Source: a virus
Lineage: Duplodnaviria; Heunggongvirae; Uroviricota; Caudoviricetes
Direction: 5' to 3' (one strand)
DNA: 54,213 nucleotides
Virus record (IMG/VR): IMGVR_UViG_2721755676_000004
A program made the translations under genes and the position numbers. A model generated the notes under the pieces. It made no database searches, was not told where the DNA came from, and was given only the letters and a program-made list of their open reading frames with translations. Positions 11,424 through 21,615 of the stretch are shown in pieces; the first letter of the stretch is position 1; every line of letters begins with the position of its first letter.

Positions 11424-14400
11424 TTAATATTCCCCCATCACGTCGCATATTTAACAGATTGCCCTGCACCCGCTGATCAACCATCCCCATAAGTGCTTTT
11501 ATTGCCTGAGGGCCAATCTCTCCATTCTGGCCGTCATTTTGAATAGTGATTTGGTATACAGGGGCATAGGTAATATCTCCGCCTCCATTACCACTTTTAC
11601 TATTAATAGCTCTGACACCAAGAGAACCATCGGAAGTTCGTGTTAATGGCATAATGGCTTCCGGTCCAGCCTCACCAAAAACACCAGCCCCTTTTGCAAA
11701 AGCAAAAAATTGCGGGGAATCATAAATACCGTTCGAATACGTGCTCAATGACGGAGACTCATAAACACCGCCCTTTGCATTCGGAATAAATTTACTAATA
11801 GCACTCCCGATAGTTCCTAAAATCTCCCCAGAAGAACTGTTACTAATGCTGTCGAAAATCCCAGTAATTGAAGCCTTTAATGCCATTCGACTAAGATCCG
11901 AAATCACGGAAGTAGCGAAAGAACGAAAATTTGCCTTGCCTGTCGTGACAAAATCACCCAGCGCATCGGTCATCCCATCAAACATCTGAGTCGTGGTTGA
12001 TTTTATCTGCTCACTGATATCCTTAGTGTCATCCAGCCAGTTATTGAATCCCTGGGAGGCACCACTAACCCAGTCTCCTGCCTGAATATCGAGTTGCTCG
12101 TTTTTCTGTCTGACAATTTCTTTTTCCCGTTCCAGAGCATCATTCAGAGCCTGCATTTTCTCTTGAAAAACATGATCTGACATTCCACGGGATTTATCTG
12201 CATAGTCACGTTCAAGTTGCAGACGCTGATTGTTATATCCATGTTCAATCCGCAGTAATTCCTGCTGGCGTTGCTGATTTTTATCGCCAACCCCATAACC
12301 AGCAATCTGAATATCATACCCCTGCTGACGATTATCAATCGAAGCCTGCAATGAATCACGCCATGCTGTTATTTCGGCGGATTCCTTGATTAGCCTGTTA
12401 TTCTTTTCAATCGCAACATTTTTCTCCATCAACGCGGTTATTTCTTCCCGGTGTAAGAGAAGCGATTTCTGATCCTGGGTTAATTTCGATGATGGTCGTG
12501 ACTCTAGGTCGGCAATCCGCTGACGCCACTTAACCAGTTCCTGTTCAGAGGAACTTAATTTAACGGTCAACTCAGCTTGTGAACTTAGTAACGCATTCTG
12601 TTGATTCAGATGATCAATCATTCGTTGGGCTGCATCATCAGAATAACCTTTCGCCTTTGGTTGCTTTGGATCTTTATAACGCTCATTTATTTGAGCGATA
12701 AGATTATTATATTCTTCCTTTGAATACTGATTCTTTAGCTTTTCCAGTTTTGCAAGTTCACTAGCTCTCTGCTGCTCCCGGGTCTGATATTGTTTTGAAA
12801 AGGCATCTGCTCTCTGTCTGAGTTCAATTCCTTCCTGTTGTCGCTTGTTGTAATCGTTTATTGATGAATTTAGTACGTCCTGAGCAATTTTTTCTGCTTG
12901 AAGTACGCCCAATTGCTGCTTTAATCGTGCCAGCCTTTTATTTTGAGCTCCGCCATCTCCAATGCCACCTAACCCGAAAACTCCGGGTCGGGTATTTTTT
13001 TCTATTTCATCAATTTGACGGAGAACATCTGAGATTTTTTGATCAAGGGAGGCCTCACGGCCAATATCCAGCATGGAATCCCATGCCCATTTTGCGGAGT
13101 CTGCGACAGCTTTCCATGCAGTCTCAAGATAACCAAGATTTTCTTTAATCTGGTTGGTGCGCTGGATCATTGAGGATGAGTATTCTTCTGTCGCAATGCG
13201 GGCGGCCTCCTGCTGGTTCCCTTCATCCTGTAGCGCCTTAATCTGGTTATAAGTCGCAAGTGTCAGAAAATGGTACTGATCATTAAGTTTTGATATGGCA
13301 CTGACAGGATCCTTTGCAATTTCATTGAAGTCATTAACCAGTTGTTCGGTTGATATTCCTGTTACTTCGCTCGTTTTTACTATCGCTGTCGTCACTTGCT
13401 CCAGCGAACTGCTCGCTACCTTTCCCGAACGCACAAGCTGATTTAATACTGCCGCCGCAGCACCAGTTGTCGAATCAGCCGCATTCCCGGCACGTTGAGC
13501 TATATCGCCCAATTGCCCGCTGGTTGTCCCCAACTGATTTCCGGTAAGAATAAGAGATTTATTAAATTCGTCCTGCTCCTGAGAGCCTTTATAGTAAGCC
13601 AGTCCTAAGACCCCAACGGCTGCTGCGGCCAGGGTAAAAGGATTAATTAATCCCAGCACATAAGAACCTACACCTTTGATCGCCGGGCCAATCCCACCGA
13701 ACATATCTTTTAGCTGGCCGCCCTGCTGCATTAACACCATAAATGGCGACTGACCAGTGGACAACCCAACAACAATATCCGTCATTTGTGCAGGCAACAT
13801 GCGCATAGCAAAAGCCGTTTGTTTTGCCGACATTCCGGTTTTGCTTAATTGTGATTGAGTAACCTCAAGCTCACTCCGCATAGCACGAAGTTTTCCAGAA
13901 AGCTCCTCATACATTTCAGGAGAAAGCATCCCCTTAGCTTTTGCTTCATTGAGCTGTTTCTGTTGTTCTACCAGACGATTAAAAGCAGTTCCGACAGGAT
14001 CAAGTTGAGCAATCAGACGTTGCAAAGCAACAACCTGTTCATCATGCGCTTTTGCTGCTTCTCGCTCTGCCTGAGCCTCTCCGGTAAGCTCTCGCCGTGT
14101 TTCCTGTATTTTTCGGCTATAATTCTCAAACTGAGAACCATTTATTTTCCCGGATGCAAACGCAGCATTAAGTTCATCATGCTGTTGTTCAAGATTTCTT
14201 AGCGCCGCAGCCAGAGGGTCGATCTTGTCCAGCATTCTTTGAAAGGCCTGAGCCTGCGCTTCCTGCTGGGCGGCAGCAAGTTTTCCGGCCTTCTCGGCTT
14301 CTCTCTGCGCTTGCGCAACCCCGCTCAATTCCTCTGTGGTTTCATTAAGTTTACGGACAAGAAATTCATATTCTTCTTTATCAATAAGCCCTTTATCGAA

Positions 14401-14649
14401 AAATTTCTTTAATTCAGAATAGCGTCGACCGACAGTATCAATTGCGGCACCAACTGGATCAATAGCTGCTTTTAATTTTGCGAGCGCGTTCTTCTCATCT
14501 TCTGTTGCCTTAGTCACTTTCCCTGCGCTATTTGCAGCAGTTTCCCCAGCCTGCGTCATTTTGACTAATGAGGAGGTCAGATTGTCAGCATTATTTTTCG
14601 CTCCAGTGCTATCAATAATTATTGCGAGACGCGAGGTTTGCTCTGCCAT
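11416..14649 (-). CDS. H: Tail tape measure protein
   Basis: 1077 aa; long coiled-coil N-terminal half, hydrophobic central segment, glycine-rich C-terminus; positioned between G/GT and M. Confidence 0.85.
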
Positions 14650-14814
14650 TTATTAAAACTCCTGACAACAAAAAACCCACCGCGAAGTGGGTTTCAGGCG
14701 ACATAATAGTAGATATAGCGATTACGAGGCCACGCAATGCTTTTCTCCAGGAGCATCATCGATTTAATTAAAGACACCATCACATCTCTGTAACAGAGTG
14801 TACGTAATTAACAA

Positions 14815-15135
14815 CTACACACACTGCTCCTGAAAATACTGGTCATCCAGTGCAAAGATCACTGCTTCAAATTCATCGCGCTCAATCAATACCGGATGAG
14901 TGGCTAAATATTCATTTATCTCTGTCAGAGATAAAGGCAAAGGCACCCCAGCCATTCCAGCATAACGTCGGGCACGGGATATTACCGAATAGGCGTACAA
15001 CAACTCCTTAAGCACCGGGTCTATTTCTGGTTCCGGTATCGGTGGCAACCTGAGTTTTTCTCGCTTCCATCTTGCCTTTTCCCCCCTTTCTCCCCCGAAC
15101 TCCGATAACCACCGCTGGGCAGCTATGGCTTTTTT
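14815..15135 (-). CDS. T-frame segment of tail assembly chaperone GT (-1 frameshift product)
   Basis: The -1 frame is open from the slippery site at 15129..15135 through to the stop at 14815; the annotated 77-aa ORF is only the part after the first in-frame start. Confidence 0.65.
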   Translation of the reverse strand, partial: KKAIAAQRWLSEFGGERGEKARWKREKLRLPPIPEPEIDPVLKELLYAYSVISRARRYAGMAGVPLPLSLTEINEYLATHPVLIERDEFEAVIFALDDQYFQEQCV

Positions 15136-15584
15136 ATCGTATCCTGCTTCTGCTGCTCTTTACCCTGGGCGATGCTGGCTGCTTCTGCAAGGATCTGCCA
15201 GTACAACTCTGGATTCTGCTTAAGCAGCGCGATCCCTCGTTCTGCCGTATATTCCAGTGCAACCTCAACACCATTAACCAGTTCACCAACCCCTTTCCAG
15301 TCTTTCAGCAGATAACGAGCGGCATTATCAATGAGTAAATCATCAACAGAATCCACCTCGGAAACCTTTGAAATATCAAACTCCTTCGTTCCGACGTGCA
15401 AACTGGCATCCATTTTCTCAATGTGGCGACGGATTAATGCATTACGGGAGCGATACTGATCGTTATCGCTGCTTGCCACCAACAGTTTTAACCCGTCTAC
15501 AGGTTTTAAGTCCTTCATTGGCGTAAACCAGCGTTCTCCACCAATGATAATTTTCTGATTAAGAATAAACATCCATAACCTCAT
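15123..15584 (-). CDS. Tail assembly chaperone G
   Basis: 153-aa acidic protein between major tail protein and tape measure; ends just after the slippery heptamer. Confidence 0.7.
   Translation of the reverse strand: MRLWMFILNQKIIIGGERWFTPMKDLKPVDGLKLLVASSDNDQYRSRNALIRRHIEKMDASLHVGTKEFDISKVSEVDSVDDLLIDNAARYLLKDWKGVGELVNGVEVALEYTAERGIALLKQNPELYWQILAEAASIAQGKEQQKQDTIKKP
15129..15135 (-). promoter_or_regulatory. Programmed -1 ribosomal frameshift slippery heptamer A AAA AAG (G to GT)
   Basis: Minus-strand sequence ACG ATA AAA AAG CCA TAG; shifting -1 at AAAAAAG joins the G frame to the T frame. Confidence 0.65.
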
Positions 15585-15632
15585 TCAATGCGTCCCCCTG
15601 TAGGGCAGTACCACAGGAGGAATAACGGAAAA

Positions 15633-16595
15633 TCAACTAATCGCCTCAGCACTGGCTTTTGCGATCACGGCAGCCGGGGAATTTTTTTTTCTGGTTATCG
15701 TAGGTGCTTCATCTGCTGCGGTAATGCTCAATTGAACCTGGATAATGTCGCTATTACCCCCATCAGGCCATTCACCTGACACCTGAACCTTCGGGAAACT
15801 GAAAGTGTATGCCCCCTCTCCATTCGAAAGCGTGAAGCTGAACGGAACTGTTTCTCCAGTCAGTGTTTTACTCCAGATTTCCCACGCGGCTTTAGACCAT
15901 GAAAGCGTCACCGTACCGGACGGTGTAAAAGTAGTCGGAATATTTGCTCCTGCATAAGGCGAGCCAGTCCCGATACAACGCTGTGTCTGGAGTTTGTTAT
16001 CGAACTGAATATCAAAACTGTCGATACAAAAACCGTTACCTCCGGCAACACCATTCAGGCTTACTGCTGAAACCTCCTTAAACGAATAACGTAGCTTTCC
16101 TGCACTATCCACAGGTTCGCCTTTGATAAAATTCGTATCATCGGCCTTTGATTCCCAGTCCAGTCCGGCAAAGGTTACGGTCGCTGTAATATCGCCGTCG
16201 TTAGGGATCTGCATTTTCCATGAGCCAACCTGCGCTCCTCTGACGACAGAGGCAATTCCGACATCGGACGCATAGGTCGCCAGAGAAAATGTTATTCGCT
16301 CATTCCCCATTGTCAGAGAATCGCCTGACCATTCCGCGCCGAAACAGGATGCAAGAAAATCATCATGTTGACCCCAGCGAAATTTGGTACCAACATCACC
16401 GCCGACATCCACAGTGCCAGGCGTCGCCCCCTGAGCCATCCGGGAGCCACCAATCTCATTATTTTCGCCTTTATTCTGGGTGGGTTTTACTCCCCAGCTT
16501 GTGCGTTTTAATAAACTCCAGTCACCACTTGCTGGCGTAGTGCCTGCAACCGTCTCCCGGATAAATGCCGAGATAACCTTTGCACCTGAACTCAC
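15633..16595 (-). CDS. Major tail protein (V-like, C-terminal Ig-like extension)
   Basis: 320 aa; position immediately upstream of G/GT; Gly/Ser/Thr-rich composition; family assigned by position. Confidence 0.75.
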   Translation of the reverse strand: MSSGAKVISAFIRETVAGTTPASGDWSLLKRTSWGVKPTQNKGENNEIGGSRMAQGATPGTVDVGGDVGTKFRWGQHDDFLASCFGAEWSGDSLTMGNERITFSLATYASDVGIASVVRGAQVGSWKMQIPNDGDITATVTFAGLDWESKADDTNFIKGEPVDSAGKLRYSFKEVSAVSLNGVAGGNGFCIDSFDIQFDNKLQTQRCIGTGSPYAGANIPTTFTPSGTVTLSWSKAAWEIWSKTLTGETVPFSFTLSNGEGAYTFSFPKVQVSGEWPDGGNSDIIQVQLSITAADEAPTITRKKNSPAAVIAKASAEAIS

Positions 16596-16621
16596 AGGAG
16601 CCTCCTATGTCATTAATTGCG

Positions 16622-17014
16622 CTAGAGCGCGCGATATGGAATTTGAAGATTAAGCTGGAACCAGCCATTCTTTTCGCCAACGGCTATTGAGGAAACAGCC
16701 TGGTAACTGAGACGATCGTCATCCTGAAACTCAAACAGTTCCCGCAATTTATCGGCTGTCTCAGTAATGAGTTTTGAACCAGAACCTGCGGGGACAAATA
16801 ACTGAATAATGATTATCCCCGTGCGATAAACAATCGGCCCCGCGCCAATTTCATTAACTCCAGCCTGCCCGGGAATATTACTTAACCGCGCCCAGATTAA
16901 CTTACCGGAAGGATCGAACGTTGGCGCGTTCGGATACAATACGTCTTTTCCATCAATAATCGTCTGTGCCGTCATTCTGGAAATAACCGTATTTCTGATT
17001 TCAGTAAACGTCAT
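16622..17014 (-). CDS. Tail terminator protein (U-like)
   Basis: 130 aa; assigned by conserved gene order. Confidence 0.55.
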   Translation of the reverse strand: MTFTEIRNTVISRMTAQTIIDGKDVLYPNAPTFDPSGKLIWARLSNIPGQAGVNEIGAGPIVYRTGIIIIQLFVPAGSGSKLITETADKLRELFEFQDDDRLSYQAVSSIAVGEKNGWFQLNLQIPYRAL

Positions 17015-17391
17015 TTGTAAGCCTGTAAAACACCATGAAAAGCGTTGGCATACACGCCAGTTGGCGCTTGTTGTGAATGACCGTTTTCAAGAGCCTCTGC
17101 ATAAGGAAGGTTATTCTGGATATAAATAACTCCGTAATTTGCAGCTTTCGAAATAACCCCGATCCCACGCTGAACAGCAATCGTACCGTTCGGATCCACG
17201 TTATCAGATATACCAAAATCGGGATGCTGTAACGACACCAGGTTGTTATTTCTGAAACGTCCGGTATCAACCGGAGCAGCAATATCAATAGCAGTAAGAA
17301 TCTGAATAGCGATGTAGCGAATCTTCAGCCCTACATCTTCCTCAATCATCCCGGCAAATATTGACGGTTCTATATCCCATGCCTTTGCCAT
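17011..17391 (-). CDS. Tail completion protein (Z-like / HK97 gp10-like)
   Basis: 126 aa; assigned by gene order and size; overlaps neighbours. Confidence 0.55.
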   Translation of the reverse strand: MAKAWDIEPSIFAGMIEEDVGLKIRYIAIQILTAIDIAAPVDTGRFRNNNLVSLQHPDFGISDNVDPNGTIAVQRGIGVISKAANYGVIYIQNNLPYAEALENGHSQQAPTGVYANAFHGVLQAYK

Positions 17392-17775
17392 TTACGCTCT
17401 CCTTAACTGGATAGAGTAAACTGATGCGGAAGGATCTACACTTGCTGTAATTACCTCGTATCGTTGTAACTGCCTTGATACAGGATCATAAATCTCAATA
17501 ATATGGTCGACAGCTGGTTTATCCGTAACCTCGCATACCAGAGCGGTTAATTTAAGGTCACCATGCAAAATATTAATCCCATCAATTCTGCCCAGCTTAT
17601 AACGTGTCAACACGCCTCGCCCGGTATAGATTGCGGTGGATTCGCCGCCAGTTTCCGTCACAGGATCCCAGTGCCGGTGCGTAACGTAAGAACCAGAAAA
17701 ATCACTCACGGCGTCCGTTAAATCCTCATCAAAAGCAGCGGCAACCTCTGACTGAATCTCTTCACGAAGCCCCAT
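17392..17775 (-). CDS. Head-tail joining protein
   Basis: 127 aa; translationally coupled between connector and tail completion genes. Confidence 0.5.
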   Translation of the reverse strand: MGLREEIQSEVAAAFDEDLTDAVSDFSGSYVTHRHWDPVTETGGESTAIYTGRGVLTRYKLGRIDGINILHGDLKLTALVCEVTDKPAVDHIIEIYDPVSRQLQRYEVITASVDPSASVYSIQLRRA

Positions 17776-18170
17776 TATCCCCCCCTCACAACCCTGACTT
17801 GTGAGCGACTAAGTCCGTACGGTTTCAGCAGTGCTATCGCAAGCTGTAAATCGGGTTCAAGCAATGCAGTGCTGTTTGCTGGCAACTCAGAAAATGATTT
17901 CGATACACTGACCCCGTCAGCCGACACGGCTTTACTGATAACAACGCCAGAATCATTTTTCTGCTGAAACAACTTACCGAATGAGGCAATTCTGGCTGCA
18001 TATGCTCCCGCAAGTTTTACCTCTTCCGGAATACGGGATGGGTTAATTTTCAGGTTGAAGCCATTAAGCCAGGCATTAGCCATTAAAACAGCTTTATTTT
18101 TAGCGTTCTCACTCGTCCAGGCGTTCCCAAACGCATTATCAACGTCATCACAGGTCACGTAAGTGATCAT
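17775..18170 (-). CDS. Head-tail connector protein
   Basis: 131 aa; ATGA overlap with downstream gene. Confidence 0.5.
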   Translation of the reverse strand: MITYVTCDDVDNAFGNAWTSENAKNKAVLMANAWLNGFNLKINPSRIPEEVKLAGAYAARIASFGKLFQQKNDSGVVISKAVSADGVSVSKSFSELPANSTALLEPDLQLAIALLKPYGLSRSQVRVVRGG

Positions 18171-18173
18171 GTG

Positions 18174-18350
18174 TTACTCCTGAGTTTTCCAGCCCATAGC
18201 CTTCCAGTTGTCAACTTCATCAGGATGAACATTAGCGATAGTTGGTGCGCCGGGAAACATCTGATAATCGGTCACCATAACCACTAACTCAATTTGCGTT
18301 TTTTGTGCGGCTTCACGCTGTGCTCTTTGCTCTTTAGTTAATCCGGCCAT
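18174..18350 (-). CDS. Small hypothetical head-module protein (58 aa)
   Basis: Not in ORF track (below cutoff); ATG at 18350 after a G-rich SD; stop 3 nt before the next gene start. Confidence 0.4.
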   Translation of the reverse strand: MAGLTKEQRAQREAAQKTQIELVVMVTDYQMFPGAPTIANVHPDEVDNWKAMGWKTQE

Positions 18351-18360
18351 ATGCCCCCCA

Positions 18361-18382
18361 TTAAAAATGGGGCCGAAGCCCC
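18361..18382 (-). terminator. Terminator/attenuator hairpin after major capsid gene
   Basis: GGGGC-TTCG-GCCCC hairpin followed by a T-run on the minus strand, just downstream of the capsid stop. Confidence 0.5.
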
Positions 18383-18392
18383 GTTTGAATGT

Positions 18393-19532
18393 TTAACCAA
18401 GAATCAGACAACCATGTGCCGGCTTCACTGATGAAACACCCCATGCCAGTCCAACTTCATAGCGCACCTGGCGATACTGACGATACAGTGCAATCTGGAA
18501 CGTAATCCCTGAAATCGGGTCCGTAACATTCATTACATCATCAGCATTATCGCCACCTTCCGGCATTGCCGGAGTACGGGATGCCAGCAGAAACGCGTTG
18601 CGATCAAACGCCATATTTGCCGTAAAGGCCCCAACAACTGTGATGGCAGTATCATCGGCCAGATCCTGACGCAGTCCGGGCGCTGCAAGAGTAATCAGAT
18701 TGCTGGTCGCTGCTGCCACAACATACTGATTCGGATCACCAGCGAACGTAACAATCTGACCTGCAGAAATACTCCCCGAACCAGTATCAATGGAAATAAG
18801 AACATCGCCTTCTTTTTTCTCTCCATTCACGAGATAACCAGTTGCAGCAACCTTTGGCGCTCGTTTCACACCTGCCGAACTGTGAATATTGAATCCCTCC
18901 AGACGCCCCAACACGCCCTCACGCAGTAGCTGTTCAGTGCCGGATTCATTCACTTTAAACAATACAGACTGTTTTCCGCGCAAATTAGCAATGGCAGTGG
19001 AGCCAAGCACCATCTGCAGATCGGTTGTCGGTGCGCCGTTATCCTCCAGAACCTGACGAGCCAGAGCAGCATCAGAAAGATCATCTTTAACACCAAACGG
19101 CGTTGTCCCTGCGGTTCCCACGGCGCGGGAAGCACCGAAATACAACGCACCAAGATCAGCCTCAACCTCGTTTGCAAGGGCGCGAAAAGCCTGCTTGAAC
19201 TGATCAGCCAGAATGGTGTTGTAAGTCCCTGAAGGGCCAAGAGCCAGTTGTTCTTCACCATTCCATTTAACCGGTGCCATTTTGGATTTAGTAATTTTTA
19301 CATCAACAGTGCCAATATTTTGATCACCGGTATTCGGAGCTGACGGCCCCGGTACGATATCTTCGGTTTTCGCCTCAGGCGCAACTGGCGCGGTTACCGT
19401 CTGATCTTTTGCTGCGGCGTCAGCTTTTGCGTTTTTTGCTACCGCAGGGATAAAACCTACCTGCTCACAGGATACAACATCCAGGGCGGTATAAATAGTC
19501 GGGATCAACCCGGTCAGGGTATTTCCAGCCAT
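18393..19532 (-). CDS. Major capsid protein
   Basis: ATG at 19532 is preceded by AAGGAA; the upstream 31 codons of the 410-aa track ORF lack an RBS; lies between scaffold and connector genes. Confidence 0.75.
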   Translation of the reverse strand: MAGNTLTGLIPTIYTALDVVSCEQVGFIPAVAKNAKADAAAKDQTVTAPVAPEAKTEDIVPGPSAPNTGDQNIGTVDVKITKSKMAPVKWNGEEQLALGPSGTYNTILADQFKQAFRALANEVEADLGALYFGASRAVGTAGTTPFGVKDDLSDAALARQVLEDNGAPTTDLQMVLGSTAIANLRGKQSVLFKVNESGTEQLLREGVLGRLEGFNIHSSAGVKRAPKVAATGYLVNGEKKEGDVLISIDTGSGSISAGQIVTFAGDPNQYVVAAATSNLITLAAPGLRQDLADDTAITVVGAFTANMAFDRNAFLLASRTPAMPEGGDNADDVMNVTDPISGITFQIALYRQYRQVRYEVGLAWGVSSVKPAHGCLILG

Positions 19533-19630
19533 AATTAAATATTCCTTAAAAATTTGCGTAATTGTGAATAGATGGAGTAATGAGCTATCCAGCCCTGACA
19601 CCAGCTCCCATCCGGAAGCTGACAAATGTG

Positions 19631-20395
19631 TTAATCAACGATTGTGATACCGTCTTTCAATGCGTTTTGCTTACCTGCAACATCCAGTGCATCAAAAGCA
19701 GAGCGTTTCATCGTTTTCTGACCAATATCATGCTGTGTCGGACGGGAGCCGCCGCCATTGTTGCCACTGGCTTTCAGGATGTAGTCTTTCTGAGGGTAAT
19801 TTTCGACAAGGAACTCCAGCGCCTCATCAAACTGCGCCAGTTCGCCAGGCTTCGCGCGGGAATAAATTTTGTTGCCGGAAGCGTCATAAGCAACGATCCT
19901 CCCTTCTTCCACTTTGAATGCCTGCCCGAAGCGGGCTTGTAATAAATCTGCCGGGATCGCAATTTTATCGGCAATATATTTTGAACCCGCAAAACTACCG
20001 CCAATCATAGAATCGTAAAGCTGCTTCTCCAGCATCTGAGAGCGTTGCTTTTCTTCATCTAATTGCTGCTGAAAATTTTTCGTAATTTCTGCCTTAACCT
20101 GGTCAACCTGTCCCGCATCGAGCAGCTTTTTCTGGTCGATTTTTGACAGCATTTCCAGTGCCTCGATCGCCTTCTTCGGGTCTTCGATAGCGGCAAACTT
20201 AGCCAGTTTTTCCTCTGCAGCTTCTTTAGCCAGGCGATGATTTTTTGCCTCGCCATTAAGCTCTGTAATTTTTTTTGTCGCCAGCGGTGCATCGAAGCCA
20301 ATTTCTTTACCATCGTCGTGCACATAAACTGGCAGGCCAGCAGTATCAATTTCTGCGTATTGTTTTCCGTTAATCTCGACCGTTTTCAGTTTCAT
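19631..20395 (-). CDS. Head scaffolding protein
   Basis: Coiled-coil-rich acidic protein directly upstream of capsid gene; ATG at 20395 chosen over the longer track ORF. Confidence 0.6.
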   Translation of the reverse strand: MKLKTVEINGKQYAEIDTAGLPVYVHDDGKEIGFDAPLATKKITELNGEAKNHRLAKEAAEEKLAKFAAIEDPKKAIEALEMLSKIDQKKLLDAGQVDQVKAEITKNFQQQLDEEKQRSQMLEKQLYDSMIGGSFAGSKYIADKIAIPADLLQARFGQAFKVEEGRIVAYDASGNKIYSRAKPGELAQFDEALEFLVENYPQKDYILKASGNNGGGSRPTQHDIGQKTMKRSAFDALDVAGKQNALKDGITIVD

Positions 20396-20499
20396 ATTAG
20401 TACCTGGTTTAAGTCTTCCGACAGTTACGCTGCTCACCATCCGGATCGCAGCAATAAAAAAGGCCACCCGAAGGTAGCCTGTTGTAATAAATGATTTAT

Positions 20500-21615
20500 T
20501 TAAATCCCTGCTTTTCTGAATACCTGTGCATCACGCTCACGGAGCTGCTTCAGCGTCAGCCATTCGCCTTTATCGGTGTAAAATTCATCTGGCGACATAC
20601 CACCATCCCGAATCAGCTTTGCTCGGGTTTCCCCCACAATCTGTTTTTGTCTGGTGTAAGGCTGACGCAAAAACCATTCCCTGTAGGTTGTATCTCCGGC
20701 CACCACGCCATCCATGCTGGCCCGCTCAGCCGGGGAAATATCGCGAACATCAATACCCAGTTCCTTCGCTGATTTCAGAATGAACGTTTCCGTTGAGCGG
20801 CAGCAGAAATGAATTTTTCCCGGCCCCTGCAAATAAGGCACGCTGTGACCTACAGGTTTATTATTCAGCGTATATTTGAGGCGATCCCTGATTCGACATT
20901 GTGGCGTAGTACGATTATCAAGCGTTGATAACCATTGCTTACCCTTAATCAAATCATTATTCGCGCTGGCAAAACTCTCACGGGCAGTAGCAGCAAGATG
21001 TCCAACCGCTGTTTTTGCAATGCTGGCCGCATTAGCCCGGCTCATCTGCAATGCACCATCCTGAAATCCCTTACTGACATGTCCCCGAATTTTTCTTGCG
21101 ATCTGCTCATTGGTATCCCCCAGCAAAAAACCCTGACGCACTGTATTTGTTATGCGTCTGAGCCGATCCGCCTCAAGATCTGAGGCCCACTCACTGAGCA
21201 GTCGTCCCTGGAATGGTCGCGCCATTGCAGCGGCATAAAGTGCATCAGGAGAGATACCAACCAGAGGGTGAACATCAGCAACAAAATCAGGTAGCATAGA
21301 ATCAAACAGACTTAACTGATAACCAGCCTCATAAATTGCCAGCTCGTTCAGCTCTCCGGAGAGACTGGTAAACATGCTGTTAATAGCAGTGCGGTTAACC
21401 TTTCTGACGCTCGCCAGAAGTGACTCCAGGCGCTTAACGGTAAAATTACCTGGATCGAGGCTGTCCAGTGCTATCAGCAGGCGAGCAGTAAGTTCCGCAT
21501 CGCTGTCATTCAGTATTTTCACCATTCTGGCAGCCACGCCAGTGCTATAGCGGGATATCCAGACTGCATGAGCAATTGATTCATCACGCAGCCGTTCATT
21601 CACGGTTTGCATCAT
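20500..21615 (-). CDS. Head morphogenesis protein (Mu gpF / SPP1 gp7-like)
   Basis: 371 aa; follows portal; composition typical of this family. Confidence 0.7.
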   Translation of the reverse strand: MMQTVNERLRDESIAHAVWISRYSTGVAARMVKILNDSDAELTARLLIALDSLDPGNFTVKRLESLLASVRKVNRTAINSMFTSLSGELNELAIYEAGYQLSLFDSMLPDFVADVHPLVGISPDALYAAAMARPFQGRLLSEWASDLEADRLRRITNTVRQGFLLGDTNEQIARKIRGHVSKGFQDGALQMSRANAASIAKTAVGHLAATARESFASANNDLIKGKQWLSTLDNRTTPQCRIRDRLKYTLNNKPVGHSVPYLQGPGKIHFCCRSTETFILKSAKELGIDVRDISPAERASMDGVVAGDTTYREWFLRQPYTRQKQIVGETRAKLIRDGGMSPDEFYTDKGEWLTLKQLRERDAQVFRKAGI

